DNA from: Antedon mediterranea
Lineage: Eukaryota; Animalia; Echinodermata
Direction of reading: 5' to 3'
NCBI RefSeq assembly: GCF_964355755.1
Contig: NC_092672.1
Location: 38,446,437 to 38,510,436, forward strand
DNA: 64,000 nucleotides
In this document: piece after piece, positions 51,874 through 64,000 of the stretch
Numbering within the stretch: position 1 is the stretch's first letter
Layout: each line of letters begins with the position of its first letter
Made by a program: the position numbers and the translations under genes
Notes under the pieces: generated by a model
The model's database searches: none
Told to the model about the DNA's origin: nothing
Seen by the model: the letters and a program-made list of their open reading frames with translations, nothing else

Positions 51874-52772
51874 TAAAGAAGCTGCTCTGTGGCAATTCAC
51901 TAATTCATGTTTTCAGACGATCCATTTTTGCATTCGAATTAAATAATATTTTTTTTTAGTTTAATGTATTGAAAACAAAACATTATTATCTTTTCATCGT
52001 CGTTTTCTGAGTCTTTTAGAGTAAGTTGTGTTCCCAAAATTTACCTGCGTGTTATGTGTGACCTTCTTATTACAAACATGATTGGTTAATTATCAACTAT
52101 AGGCCTACATTGTACAAATCTATCAGTTAGTTATTAAAATACTTAGGCAGTAAAACATGTTGATACTTAAAAATGATAAGAACACCTATATCTTTCAAAT
52201 TAATGTGCTCTAATCGTGTCTATTTAAACTCAGCAGGATCACACTTTGAGGTAAATTTTCGGCACGGCATTGATAGTAGTTCGCGGTTAAATAGCCTGGA
52301 GATGATAAGGTTATATAGCCTGAAGATGTTAATATAAACTTTCGAAGGTGAATAAAATATGTAATCATATCACTTGTTTAGCATCTCTTATGAGCACTAG
52401 CGATGGTCAGCGTCTCCAACGACTCACATGAGACGTTATTGAAGGGCGGCCTAAAATGTAATTGATCCTAGGCCTAGGGGAGTCAAAGTTATCGTTCAGT
52501 ATCAGAAAAAAACGACTCAAGACCAGATTATAATTTTGTAAGGCAAATTTAAATTCATAATAAAAACTTAGAATCTGTTGTAAATCTGTATAACAGTATA
52601 ATTCCAATTCAACGTTCTATAAAAACAATGCAAAAATGGTTATAAAGAAACAACAAATGTGTCGTAATAAGTGTGACGTCATCCATTATTATAAAGTATA
52701 AAATATGGAATAATCCCTAATGACATTGGCAATTTGGACAACTACAATTAGAAGGCAATGTATTTTAAACAA

Positions 52773-54418
52773 GACTTTAATTTAAATGGCTGATGATGTC
52801 ATAGTGTGCGCTACAACACCGTTTATTTTTCAACAACGATGAAGACGTAGATTAAGTGCACATGACTTTATTTTAAAGGGCTGATGATGTCATAGTGTGC
52901 GCTACAACACCGTTTATTTTTCGACAATGATGAAGACGTAGATTAAGTGCACATGACTTTAATTTAAAGGGCTGATGATGTCATAGTGTGCGCTACAACA
53001 CCGTTTATTTTTCTACAACGATGAAGACGTAGATTAAGGGCCTGTTTCTGCTGAGCAGAAATAATCGATTATTAACCGTTTATTTTTTTAATCGATTATT
53101 TTTGGGCAGCAGAAACGGCGCAAAATAAAATAACCGATTAAAAATAACCGATTAAAAACACTCAATCCATTGCGTGTTTTAATCGATTATTTCTTGTTTT
53201 AACCGATTATTGCGGAGCAGTTTTGAGCTGCAACACATCACTTTGACCTCTAGAGTATGACAAACTTATTCACGTCACAAAGCATGCTGTTTATTTGCGC
53301 GATATCGACGACGATCAGCAAAACCACGATCGCGATGTAGGGTAGACCGAATAACAATCAAATGTTAAACATTTGATTTTTATTATTTTGTGGGGGAGAA
53401 TTATACCGAGAGACTCCGGGATTCTGTGTTACAAGTACACCCGTTACATACCACCAGTTCAGGCTAACGATGTTTTACATGTCATTTGTTAGGCCTGTTG
53501 TCTGTTGACTTGTTTCGGTAGAAATATATAGCCTCTAGGCTAGGCCCTAGCAGGCCGAAGGTAGAACCAACGAACGGCGAAACGAACTTTTTTCGCCGAC
53601 GTGTCCTTATTAATATAACATCATTATTCTGTTGTATGTGGTACGGTAGTAGGCCTAGATGTTTATTTTACAAATAATATAGCTTTACGTAAGAGTAATT
53701 TTTAATCGTAGGTCTACATGTGAGAGTTTTAGGCAGCGATAGGATGTAAACAAACCAACTCTCATCGGCCTTTCATAACTTGAACTGCGCTGTGGGGGAA
53801 TGATGACGTGATTTTAAAAACCGATTACCTGAATAACCGATTAAAGTCGTAGCAATTTTCAATTGCAACGCGATTATTTTTGTGGTTTGCGGTGACTGGA
53901 AAAAAATCGATTATTTTTATTTTTTCAGCAGAAACAGACCCCAAGTGCACATGACTTTAATTTAAAGGGCTGATGATGTCATAGTGTGCGCTACAACACC
54001 GTTTATTTTTCGACAACGATGAAGACGTAGATTAAGTGCACATGACTTTAATTTAAAGGGCTGATGATGTCATAGTGTGCGCTACAACACCGTTTATTTT
54101 TCGACAACGATGAAGACGTAGATTAAGTGCACATGACTTTAATTTAAAGGGCTGATGATGTCATAGTGTGCGCTACAACACCGTTTATTTTTCGACAACG
54201 ATGAAGACGTAGATTAAGTGCACATGACTTTAATTTAAAGGGCTGATGATGTCATAGTGTGCGCTACAACACCGTTTATTTTTCGACAACGATGAAGACG
54301 TAGATTAAGTGCACATGACTTTAATTTAAAGGGCTGATGATGTCATAGTGTGCGCTACAACACCGTTTATTTTTCGACAACGATGAAGACGTAGATTAAG
54401 TGCACATGACTTTATTTT
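52773..54418. repeat. 91-bp tandem repeat, about 8 copies, interrupted by the 904-bp element
   Basis: Unit AAGTGCACATGACTTTAATTTAAAGGGCTGATG...GAAGACGTAGATT starts at 52854, 52945, 53943, 54034, 54125, 54216, 54307. Confidence 0.95.
53038..53941. mobile_element. Non-autonomous PIF/Harbinger-like DNA transposon, 904 bp
   Basis: 17-bp TIR GGGCCTGTTTCTGCTGA / TCAGCAGAAACAGACCC. Inserted at the TAA of the host 91-bp repeat (flanks TAA/CAA). Clustered subterminal AA(T/C)CGATTA motifs at both ends; no ORF. Confidence 0.85.
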
Positions 54419-57400
54419 GATTTATTCTTTTCTAGTGAAACGTAAAAAGGGAGCACTGAGGAGAGACAAGAGGTGTCACAAATAACTATCGCCAAAGGGC
54501 GTGTTTCTCTAACTCCAGACAAACAATACAAGCAAAATAAAATAAAGAATTACAAAAATAAAAGAATTCCACGTTCATTTACAGGATAAACTCACTTAGG
54601 AATAATTTGAAATATAGGGGCACAATCTCTATTCACAGATACACATTTTTTGTTAAGTTGTAGGCCTACAACAGGATTTGGATCAGTCGGCATGTAATGC
54701 AACTTGAAGAAAAACTACTCGACTCAAATCTGAAGTATCCCTATAATAAACGCCGCTGGCTCATATGGACTGCTTACAACACAAGATATTCAAATATTTA
54801 AAACTAAACATTCTTTTGGGCTTCAATAAACCATAAACAAATAGAAAACTGTCTACAAAAGCGTGATTACGCATGTCCAAAACCTGAATGTCAGCTCATC
54901 TTTCACGAGAGGAACTTTGTCGGCGGAATCTTACGTTTTCAATGTAATCGAAAGTCAGAATAAAGAAACAATAATCATACCAGTGCGGCGGTACAATCAA
55001 TCCGATTGTTATCCAGGATATTGTAAACTGATCGTCTCAGGCCGTTGTTATTTCGTAAATTATCATTGAAAATGAACTATTTACTTATGAGTGGACATGG
55101 ATTTGAGCACTGCTGTGTTGTCAAGGATAAACATTACGCGTATTAAACTTGAGTGAGAATCATAATACAATGTTTGTTTCGTCTGCAATCAACAGACAAC
55201 GAGCACACATTCATAGATCACGACATGAAAATACAACAAAGCTTATAGATCAAAGAAAGTTTGGGTTTCGACTAATAATATTATATTGTACCAAATCAAA
55301 ACATTTTGTTGGTGGTTTTGTGTCTCTACTGTCGGCGTAGAGGTAATACGGTAGTCTAGGCGCATATGCATACATTAGTTATAAACGCGCTAAATGAATG
55401 TGTAACATTAACAATAAAAGTACAACGGTGGTAGCGAGTGGGATTATGGGATTAATATGAGAAGTGGTACGATATTGCAACAAAAATGAATGGAACGCAC
55501 CGGCCTGCGTACTCGCGTAAGATTACACCGTATTTAGTTTTTGCGCAAACTCTACAGACTGGGTTTTAAATGCTGATCGCAAGTAAGTTGACCTATCACA
55601 ATCGGCGGCACTTACCCAATTAAAAATCAGTGAGCCGTCACTTGTGATAGGTTGAATACGTAAAACGCAGCTACGCGCGCGTATTGACGCAGAGTCGTCG
55701 GGAAAGACGAACACATCTACACACCATGTAGTAAAATACTTAACCTGTCTGAAAAACATCAAGACTTCACTAACTGTATGTATTGACATCGGAATGTATA
55801 GGCCTGCAGTTACCGCAGATATGAACATATGCTAGTCGATGTTCGTTAACGGTTTGCAAGTAAAGAAAATCAGAAGTTAGGTTGCAATTTAAAATTCATA
55901 CTTATTCTAAAATCAGTAACCAAATTTCCAAAAATTTCGTTTTGTTCAGAAATCCCAAATTAGAGGAATACATCTAAGAAATAGTATTGTTTTGTTTGAA
56001 TTAATTATAATATTTTCTTTTCTTTTTTTGTTTTGTTCACCATTATTTGTAAACGTTTTGTTGGCTTCTCTTGTGTTTCCCATGTTCCTTAGCATGATGG
56101 GTTGGGTTAAAAATATAACATTCTTTGTTCATTCACATTAATCTAATTGAGAATTTGCTGAACCAGTTTAAAAAACATAAAATGCCAAAATTGGTTATAT
56201 GGAAAATACTGTAACAAATAATATCAAATTCTAGAATCATGGGTTTTTTTTAAACGATAAGCTACATTCCAGGTTTTCGATTAATTTCGAATGATGAAAT
56301 ATAAATGGACGACATAAGGGACAATGAGTTGCATTAATTGTGTTGTCGTAATTAGACATTCAACAATTATAATACAACTTTCTCATACTTTGATAATATT
56401 TATGCCAAAACGATTACTAAATACAAATATTACAACGAACAATGTTACAATACAGATAGTTATTAATATGTAAATGTACATGATAGATAGATCTAATTGA
56501 AGCTTGCTTTGGGATAACAATCATTTTTAACTAACGCTCATGGCTAACATTTTGAACGACAGGGCAATTTTTAAGTCACCATTTAATTAGATGTTATTCC
56601 CTAAAGTCTTAGTTTAATTAAAGTATCTTAATTAGGTACTTAACTGGTAAATGCTGACGGATTCATTCTGTTTCGATTTTGGTTTCCTTAGAAACAAGTG
56701 TTTGTAAGCTGGGAACATTTGAATGTTAACACATTTCATAGTGTTAATGAGAAAACTCGAGCGACAAATTCATCACAGGAGTGTGACAGCGTCGTGTCGA
56801 TGTCGCGACCCCGTCAACAAAAGTCTTAGTGAACTGCTGTCGTATACAGTATACCGTATATGTTCTATGACCGAATTATTATATTGAATGTGCTAAAAAG
56901 TTTAACTTAACATAACAATATTATGTAGGCCTAGTATTATTTGTTCTGAATGTACAGATGGATTTTTAAAAATGTCTATTTTCGTTCTTTTTCGTTATTT
57001 CAAACAAGCAATATATCGAATGAAATCATTAGTTTGCAATGAAACAATGTTCAATAAGTAAATAAAAAAAAAAATGAAATTTTAGATACAAATTCTTAAA
57101 GAAACAAACAAAAATTTCAAGGAACTGATTCACGAAAAGTTATTTTCTTTCGGTAAACGTGTGTTAAAAGATTTACAATGTATGGGACGCCGAAATAGTC
57201 TAAATGCTGTAAACCTGGTTTGACTATCGGGGTAGACGTGTCGCATTAGCTTTTTCAACGTTTACCTTGACTGTGCATGAGTTGGCAGTTTGTGTGTTAC
57301 CATTTCATATTTAATGACTGTCGATGTTGTTTATTACATTATACAATCTTTTGAATTCATCATTTTAAGCAATAAACCTAAGGACGATAATGAATGCCTT

Positions 57401-59445
57401 ATTGATGGTGATTATTGCGACACTGTTTTATTAAAGTCGTGTATGGTATTAGACAAACAGCCTATTTACTTTATTCCATCGGCTTACACAATAATCAATG
57501 GCATATATTTATATCAAAATTTAAGCCCATCTTTGTCAACCTTCAGCAGACAAGCTCGTAAGCGATCAAAGTGATGTACGCCTAAGACAGGTGCGTGTGG
57601 TGGCTTCGAAGTGGCGGCTCAATGCACTACCGCTTCGATGCTACAAGAATATATTGAATACGGCATCCGGCAGGGAATTGTACTTTTGCTACGAAAATAT
57701 CTCATCATTTCTTTTTAGTAATCTATGGACTTACGCATGGTTGCCGATGAAACAAACACGGCACCTGCGCGAAAATAAACAGATAGCGATCCGCGAGTTG
57801 ATGGCCGTGGGGACTCGCGTTGCTCATGCCTTCGCATGAACCCACGCGGAAAAGTCACATAAATCCTACGGAAGTCAGTTATTCGCAACAGCCTCGAAGT
57901 AATATTATCTAAAGAATGACACTAGGAATCATTCACTTTCTAGCCATGTGTGAACTGCCCTCGGCTAAAAGAAAGCTGATATTCTAGCCTGTAGACATCG
58001 AGGCTTGCATTTCTGGCAAAATGTACCTCTTTGGGCATTCCGGGACCAGTCGAGCGGAAGGCACGATAAAAACACTTACCACAATACGAAGCCATCGTAG
58101 ACATATACATTACAACTGTTTGAAAAATATACGTAATATAGTTTTTTAAATATTACCATTTAAACTGTCATTTACTAAAATATCACAATATATAGTTGGA
58201 TTTAATTTTTTTTTAACAGTTTCATCAAGTTATCCATCTTTTAAATAGTGCGTTTTAGGCCCCTGCCTTTTTGTCTTCAAAACGTCGAAAAAGTTTAATT
58301 TATGTATGAATATATTTAGTTGCCTGCTATATACGCGCCTGATTAACTATATAGAAGATCTACACTGAAATCCATTGAGTATGTATGGTACGCCAATACC
58401 GCATTAGTAATGCTATTAATTTTAATACGATCATTTACAAAATTTGACTTTTGTTTATGAAGTTAAGTCAATGATGAATCTGTCCTTTGTATCAATTACA
58501 TACGATTACGTCTAACAGCAAATGGTTTTTCTTTGTGGGAGGACCAATTCTTACGGTTGAAAAGACATAGGAAATATGACCTGCTTGCGAAGCTAGTATA
58601 ATCATTCCCCCAGTGACGTCATACCAGACTTACAAATGTAAACTTATCACAATTTTTGAAACAATGACAAAAATCAAAGACACAAGTGAAACGCTCTAGA
58701 GAGTATCGCAGATGGGATCCAGTGTGGATAAATTGACTGCGTCGATTTCTTCCACCAGGGAGCTGAAAAGGCCAACCAAGCTAACATAGTATAAACATAC
58801 TCAATAGAATGTTTAATATCATAAGAAGTAGTTGTAAATATCAACAGACATTCGCCTCAAGTTTGTCAACACGAACATGTTGCAGAATGACTAGCTAACA
58901 GATGCTGACTGAAACAAAGACGATAAGGCCGCCGACGGCTCATTTCGCCCATTAAGTATTGACACAACGCGTAGAGTGTTGCTAAGTACCACGGCGGTTC
59001 CCGCGGGCGTACTGCGCACTGCAGGAGGACAAGTCGGAGCCCTCAGTGTTGAGGTCGATAAGGTGTTATACACGCCACTAAATAGCTACTATGTCAGTAA
59101 CGAAGCAAAACAGCGTCTAATTGTACGCCCCGTTGCTGTGAATGGAAATTAAATTGGCAAATTACTGCTTTATTGAAATATAATATTTGCGAATGTATAA
59201 ACTGATAATAGTCAGGTTTAACACATCTTGCAGCCAACGATACGCATGCATTTACAGTTGTTCTTGGGAAGATATTTACAAACTATCCACAATAAATCTA
59301 AATTATAAACCAAAGTACCAGTCAGCCTATACCGATAAGACATGTCAACAGAAGAATATTAAATCAAAATATTAATAACATCATTATACCATCAACTCAA
59401 ATCGATCGCGAACACACTTCAAGCACCTCCTCATTTGAATCTTGA

Positions 59446-59557
59446 AGCTCAGTTCCCACTAGGACACACATTGACTAATCACAAGCGACGACGACGGATT
59501 CTGAGCCGTCACTTCTGATCTGTCAAATTACTTGCGTTGCGTCCTAGGAAACAAGAT
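59446..59557. mobile_element. MITE family B copy, degraded
   Basis: AGCTCAGTTCCCACTAGGAC ... CTTGCGTTGCGTCCTAGGAAACAAG. Confidence 0.65.
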
Positions 59558-59723
59558 TTATATTATACTTCTCGTACCAGACGTTTAAAACAAGAGATCC
59601 ATGCCAATGCGCAGACTGCGTTTAGCGCAGATTGCGTTTAGCGCAGTTAGCGTTTAGCTAGTTCTGAGCTTCATCACGAAAGCCAGTCATTACCAACAGT
59701 GGCTTACAACATATGGATTATGA

Positions 59724-59990
59724 GGGCGTGTGGCGCAGTGTGTGTTGGACGTTGGATTATTGATCATGAGATAGTGGTTCGAATCCAACTCTCGTCGCAT
59801 TGCTTGTATACTTAGGCTTAATACCTGCCTCTCTCCACCCAGGTGTAAAATGGGTACCCGATTAGTTTAGATCCGCTGATTACTAGCTGCATTATGGGAG
59901 TATATTTCCATACCGGTTTGATACACAAAATGACCAGGGTAATAATGTGCAGCGCATCGAGAGCTAAGAATGAACTTATTATGTTGCTTT
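59724..59990 (+). mobile_element. tRNA-derived SINE with Nin/Deu-like central domain and L2-like tail
   Basis: A box TGGCGCAGTG, B box GGTTCGAATCC, central CTCTCTCCACCCAGGTGTAAAATGGGTACC, and 3' TGTGCAGCGCATCGAG resembling L2-type SINE tails. Confidence 0.75.
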
Positions 59991-62205
59991 ACCTTCTGCT
60001 GCAGTAAATTTAAAATGTTGCGGACGGCTGATGATAAACCTATCTGATTAAAAGTATGTAATTCAACGCACCGTAACGCGTAACACTTCGACGCGTAATA
60101 TATCACTGGGCTACGTGCGCGTCAAAAAGACAGGACTAAACATATGCTGAAATTAACGTTTCTAATTTATAAAGAAAATAAAATCGCCTGTTAGCACACC
60201 TTAAACGCTATCTGATCTAAGATAAACGATTTTTGCGCAAAAATAAAATCCTTAATGTGTTTGAAAAAGCACAACATGATGTGAACATTGGTAGCGGGGA
60301 ACAGTATGACCCACTTTGCTATTGATACGACACACTTCTCAATACGTCAAAGATAAAGATCCGTGTTAAGAACACGCAGCTGAACCGCCTACGTCTTTCT
60401 GGGTTTGTCAACCATACGGCAACGGCCGCAATCAAACCACAACTAGAGCCCACTTTCGAAAAAACACGTGTATCATACTAAAACCCATAATTATAAACAG
60501 TAGAACATAGGCTTACACATTGTATGTTTAAGACGCACTATTTTCGAGAAAAAAATACTGTGATCTCAAGGACATCTTGCATATACGTCACAGACACATG
60601 AATTGCTAACAATTGTCTTTTGTTATTTTCATATATATAAAAAATAAATCATATCATTCAATGATATAAGATATTACGAGACGTAATCTGTGATGGACAT
60701 TTTTAAATCTTCGACACGTGTGCTGTAGGCAAATGCGCAGAAAAAGGATGTACGCAAACAGTATTGTGGTAGGAAAAACTCTGAGTTTCTCTCTTTGGTA
60801 TTTTCGTTATGTCTTCTTCATATATAAAACGAAACTCCACTTTTTCATAAGGTAGTGTATTATTTTTTAATAGAGCATTATTTATTCAAGTAATTGTAAC
60901 ACACGACATGCCTAGAATTCAATTTTAAAGATAATTTAATAAGTGTGGAAAGTTTATGAGGTATATTAATTTACTAAAATATACCAGTTTTTACTCAAGG
61001 TTTCTGATTCTGTATGTTAATGTCTAAAATTCGAGTTTACGAAAATTCCTTTATTATTATTATATAATATATAAATTGGCACCTTCAAAAAATACATTTT
61101 CTTTTAAACTTAAACAAATTCTACTCCATAAATAACTAATAATAATAAAACAACATGTTTATTCTGGGTTTTCTGTGCTTCCATAGTATTTTATTATTAT
61201 TAATTTGTCGTTGTCTTGCTTTACATGTTTGTTTGTCTTGTTTTGTTTCTGTTTGTTTAAACTCCAATATGATTACAATTTCTTAACTGGCTACCCGTCA
61301 CAGGTTTTTTTGGAGGGAAACTTCCAAATGTTATTACTTTCTGGGTGTTGCCTCTTAATTATTTATATTTAAATTTTTATTTTGTTTACTTTGAAATGAT
61401 AAGAAATAAATGTTATTATGAATGAATGAATGTATATCATGTTTTGCTGTCTAAAACCCAAATTCCACCAGAGGAAAAAAACTTCCAATTAAAAAAAACG
61501 TTTGGCTCAAGCTTGAAGAGAGAAAGCAAATTTGCTTTAAGATAGTAAAACTGAAAAGTCTCCATTTTTTTTAAACGCCTTTTATTTCATAAATCAGTAA
61601 CACATTTTGCTCAAAATATTAAATATTGACCACTAAACACGATAGAATGTATACTGTATACACTATACACTGTCTTTGTTTAAACACATAGATTACATCT
61701 TTACAAAACGAGGGAATAATTTCAAATTAAACATTTTAAATTTATACAACTCTGTAACCAATTCATACAAAAGTCATTTTTTGCATTGTTTGGTTAAATA
61801 TTCAATTGTCTGAATACGAATTGTACAATTTACATCATTAGCACACAGAACAAGGAAAACAATTGAACCGTTTTGCCTACAGGGTATGATCTAAGCGGTA
61901 TATATTCGACGACAGTGTTGCTTCTTTTGTTGTTAAAACTTAAACAGATTTATATAGCGATGGAATAAATTTCTATTGTCTGTCCTGACGTCATTTTGAA
62001 GTGAAATATGGCACTCAACGGACCAATAAAATTGCATAAATGATATTACTTTATTGTCAAAGGATACTGTTAACATTTTTAAGTGAGAAAGTTCTACAAA
62101 AATAAAATAATAATTTTATTACAGGATTTTTAAGGTTCTTTTGAGAAAGAAACAAAAACAAATCTTATCATTACTATTCTGAGAACGAAAACTTAAATCA
62201 TTTAA

Positions 62206-62907
62206 AGCTCTGTCTACACTATCAAACTTTAAGCTCTGTCTACACTATCAAACTTTAAGCTCTGTCCACACTATCAAACTTTAAGCTCTGTCTACACTAT
62301 CAAACTTTAAGCTCTGTCTACACTATCAAACTTTAAGCTCTGTCTACACTATAAAACTTTAAGCTCTGTCTACACTATCAAACTTTAAGCTCTGTCTACA
62401 CTATCAAACTTTAAGCTCTGTCTACACTATCAAACTTTAAGCTCTGTCCACACTATCAAACTTTAAGCTCTGTCTACACTATCAAACTTTAAGCTCTGTC
62501 TACACTATCAAACTTTAAGCTCTGTCTACACTATCAAACTTTAAGCTCTGTCTACACTATCAAACTTTAAGCTCTGTCCACACTATCGAACTTTAAGCTC
62601 TGTCTACACTATCAAACTTTAAGCTCTGTCCACACTATCAAACTTTAAGCTCTGTCTACACTATCAAACTTTAAGCTCTGTCTACACTATCAAACTTTAA
62701 GCTCTGTCTACACTATCAAACTTTAAGCTCTGGCCACACTATCAAACTTTAAGCTCTGTCTACACTATCAAACTTTAAGCTCTGTCCACACTATCAAACT
62801 TTAAGCTCTGTCTACACTATCAAACTTTAAGCTCTGTCTACACTATCAAACTTTAAGCTCTGTCTACACTATCAAACTTTAAGCTCTGTCTACACTATCA
62901 AACTTTA
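62206..62907. repeat. 26-bp tandem repeat, 27 copies (AGCTCTGTCTACACTATCAAACTTTA)
   Basis: Exact 26-bp period over 702 bp, no spacers. The unit equals the first 26 nt of MITE family A. Confidence 0.97.
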
Positions 62908-63020
62908 TGTGACAAAAAAAATGTGATGTGCCCATATATAGAAATGATGATGTCATAATCACTACCATATTTTGGCACATCACACTTTTTTTTGTCAAAC
63001 TTTTGAGTGTAGACAGAGCT
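62206..63020. mobile_element. MITE family A copy with left terminus amplified into a tandem array
   Basis: TAA on both outer flanks; array, then family A body, then right TIR GTGTAGACAGAGCT. Confidence 0.85.
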
Positions 63021-64000
63021 TAAGACTGCAACAAAAAACTATTAGCCAATCAGGTGTTGGCTGTACACTGTGCCAATCGATTGTGCATGATGGGATGGAC
63101 AAAGGCTACCTATGGAGCTATTTTATCCATCTATGCTCTGAGGAATAGACATTGGTTAGACCATTGTGGTTATATTGCATTTGATGAAGCGAAGATAAAT
63201 ATTGAGGGCAGATGTATTATTACTTTATGTTTTGGCCCTGGCTGATGATAAAGGCCGACGGCCGGGGTGGGGGAGGTGGGATGGGAGCACCATAACATCA
63301 TTTGTCGGTTGTTGTAATAGTTTAACTTGTTATTGATGTTCACAGGCTGAATGGATGGCAAGGGAAAGCATCATTACAACCAATACATTTCTAAGGTGCA
63401 ACATTTTAAATAACATATCGGGTGGTTATTAAATGGTGATTACGAAAGACTTAGGCCCTATATACATTTATTTATTATTGTATTGCCGTCAGTTACAAAA
63501 ATAATAAATTATTCCAAAATAAGAAAACTTACAGTGGATATTAATTCTTCAACAAAGATTAGATTGAATCTGTGAAATAACAGCATGTGTTAGAGGCGGG
63601 ATGAATATCCAACCTGATCAATAAAATGTTATTGTCTGTGCCAAATGGATCACAACACCTATTCACCAAAGTCTGTTTCTTTTGCCTAACTTTTGAATTT
63701 AATATTTTGATTTGAGATCAGAGCCTGAAGCAACGTCTAAGCGTATTATACGTTGGCGGTAATTCTCAAAGGCCTGCCTGCAAAGTTCAGTAAGATTGTT
63801 ACTTCTATTCTTCTATTGTTGTTTTAGAATAAAATGCTTGAGAAAATTTTTGGCTTAAGGTTTCGCTCATGCCATTGATAAAATCTACTATTAGGACATA
63901 TTTTATCGTACAAAACTGACATTAAATAGACTTAAGATACCCGATAAGTATTCAACGTCATGCACACACGTTACAGAGCGTACGCGAATACAACACCGGC

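Noticed and set aside
5021-61660. General excess of TACAGTA/TACTGTA heptamers
   Set aside because: About 20 seen versus roughly 15 expected from composition; only the 37731 case has independent support.
62206-62907. CRISPR-like array of 26-bp repeats
   Set aside because: No spacers and no cas genes, eukaryotic context, and the unit is a MITE terminus.

Overview
AT-rich (roughly one-third GC by eye) animal genomic DNA, probably an invertebrate deuterostome (inference from the protein and repeat types). Only one protein-coding gene can be supported: a complete five-exon LIM-homeobox gene of the Lhx1/5 (Lim1) class on the minus strand. Its CDS exons are 45198-45023, 40354-40155, 34696-34290, 22762-22573 and 15973-15594 (1353 nt, 450 aa), with GT-AG introns in compatible phases. 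The rest is intron and gene-free flank. It holds several non-autonomous DNA transposon families (Tourist/PIF-Harbinger-like MITEs with TAA target duplications), two tRNA-derived SINE-like elements and many minisatellites, several derived from MITE ends or interiors. The most unusual signal is a dense set of possible transposon scars. These are about 35 exact copies of the palindrome TAGGCCTA, two tiny CATG...CATG inverted repeats with 7-bp direct repeats (P-element-like footprints), and a TA-CTG-TA insertion inside a MITE terminal repeat. Also notable are a 27-copy satellite built from one MITE terminus, a perfect DR5 nuclear-receptor element downstream of the gene, and an in-frame upstream acceptor that could add 42 aa to the last exon. 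All counts and coordinates were obtained by manual reading.
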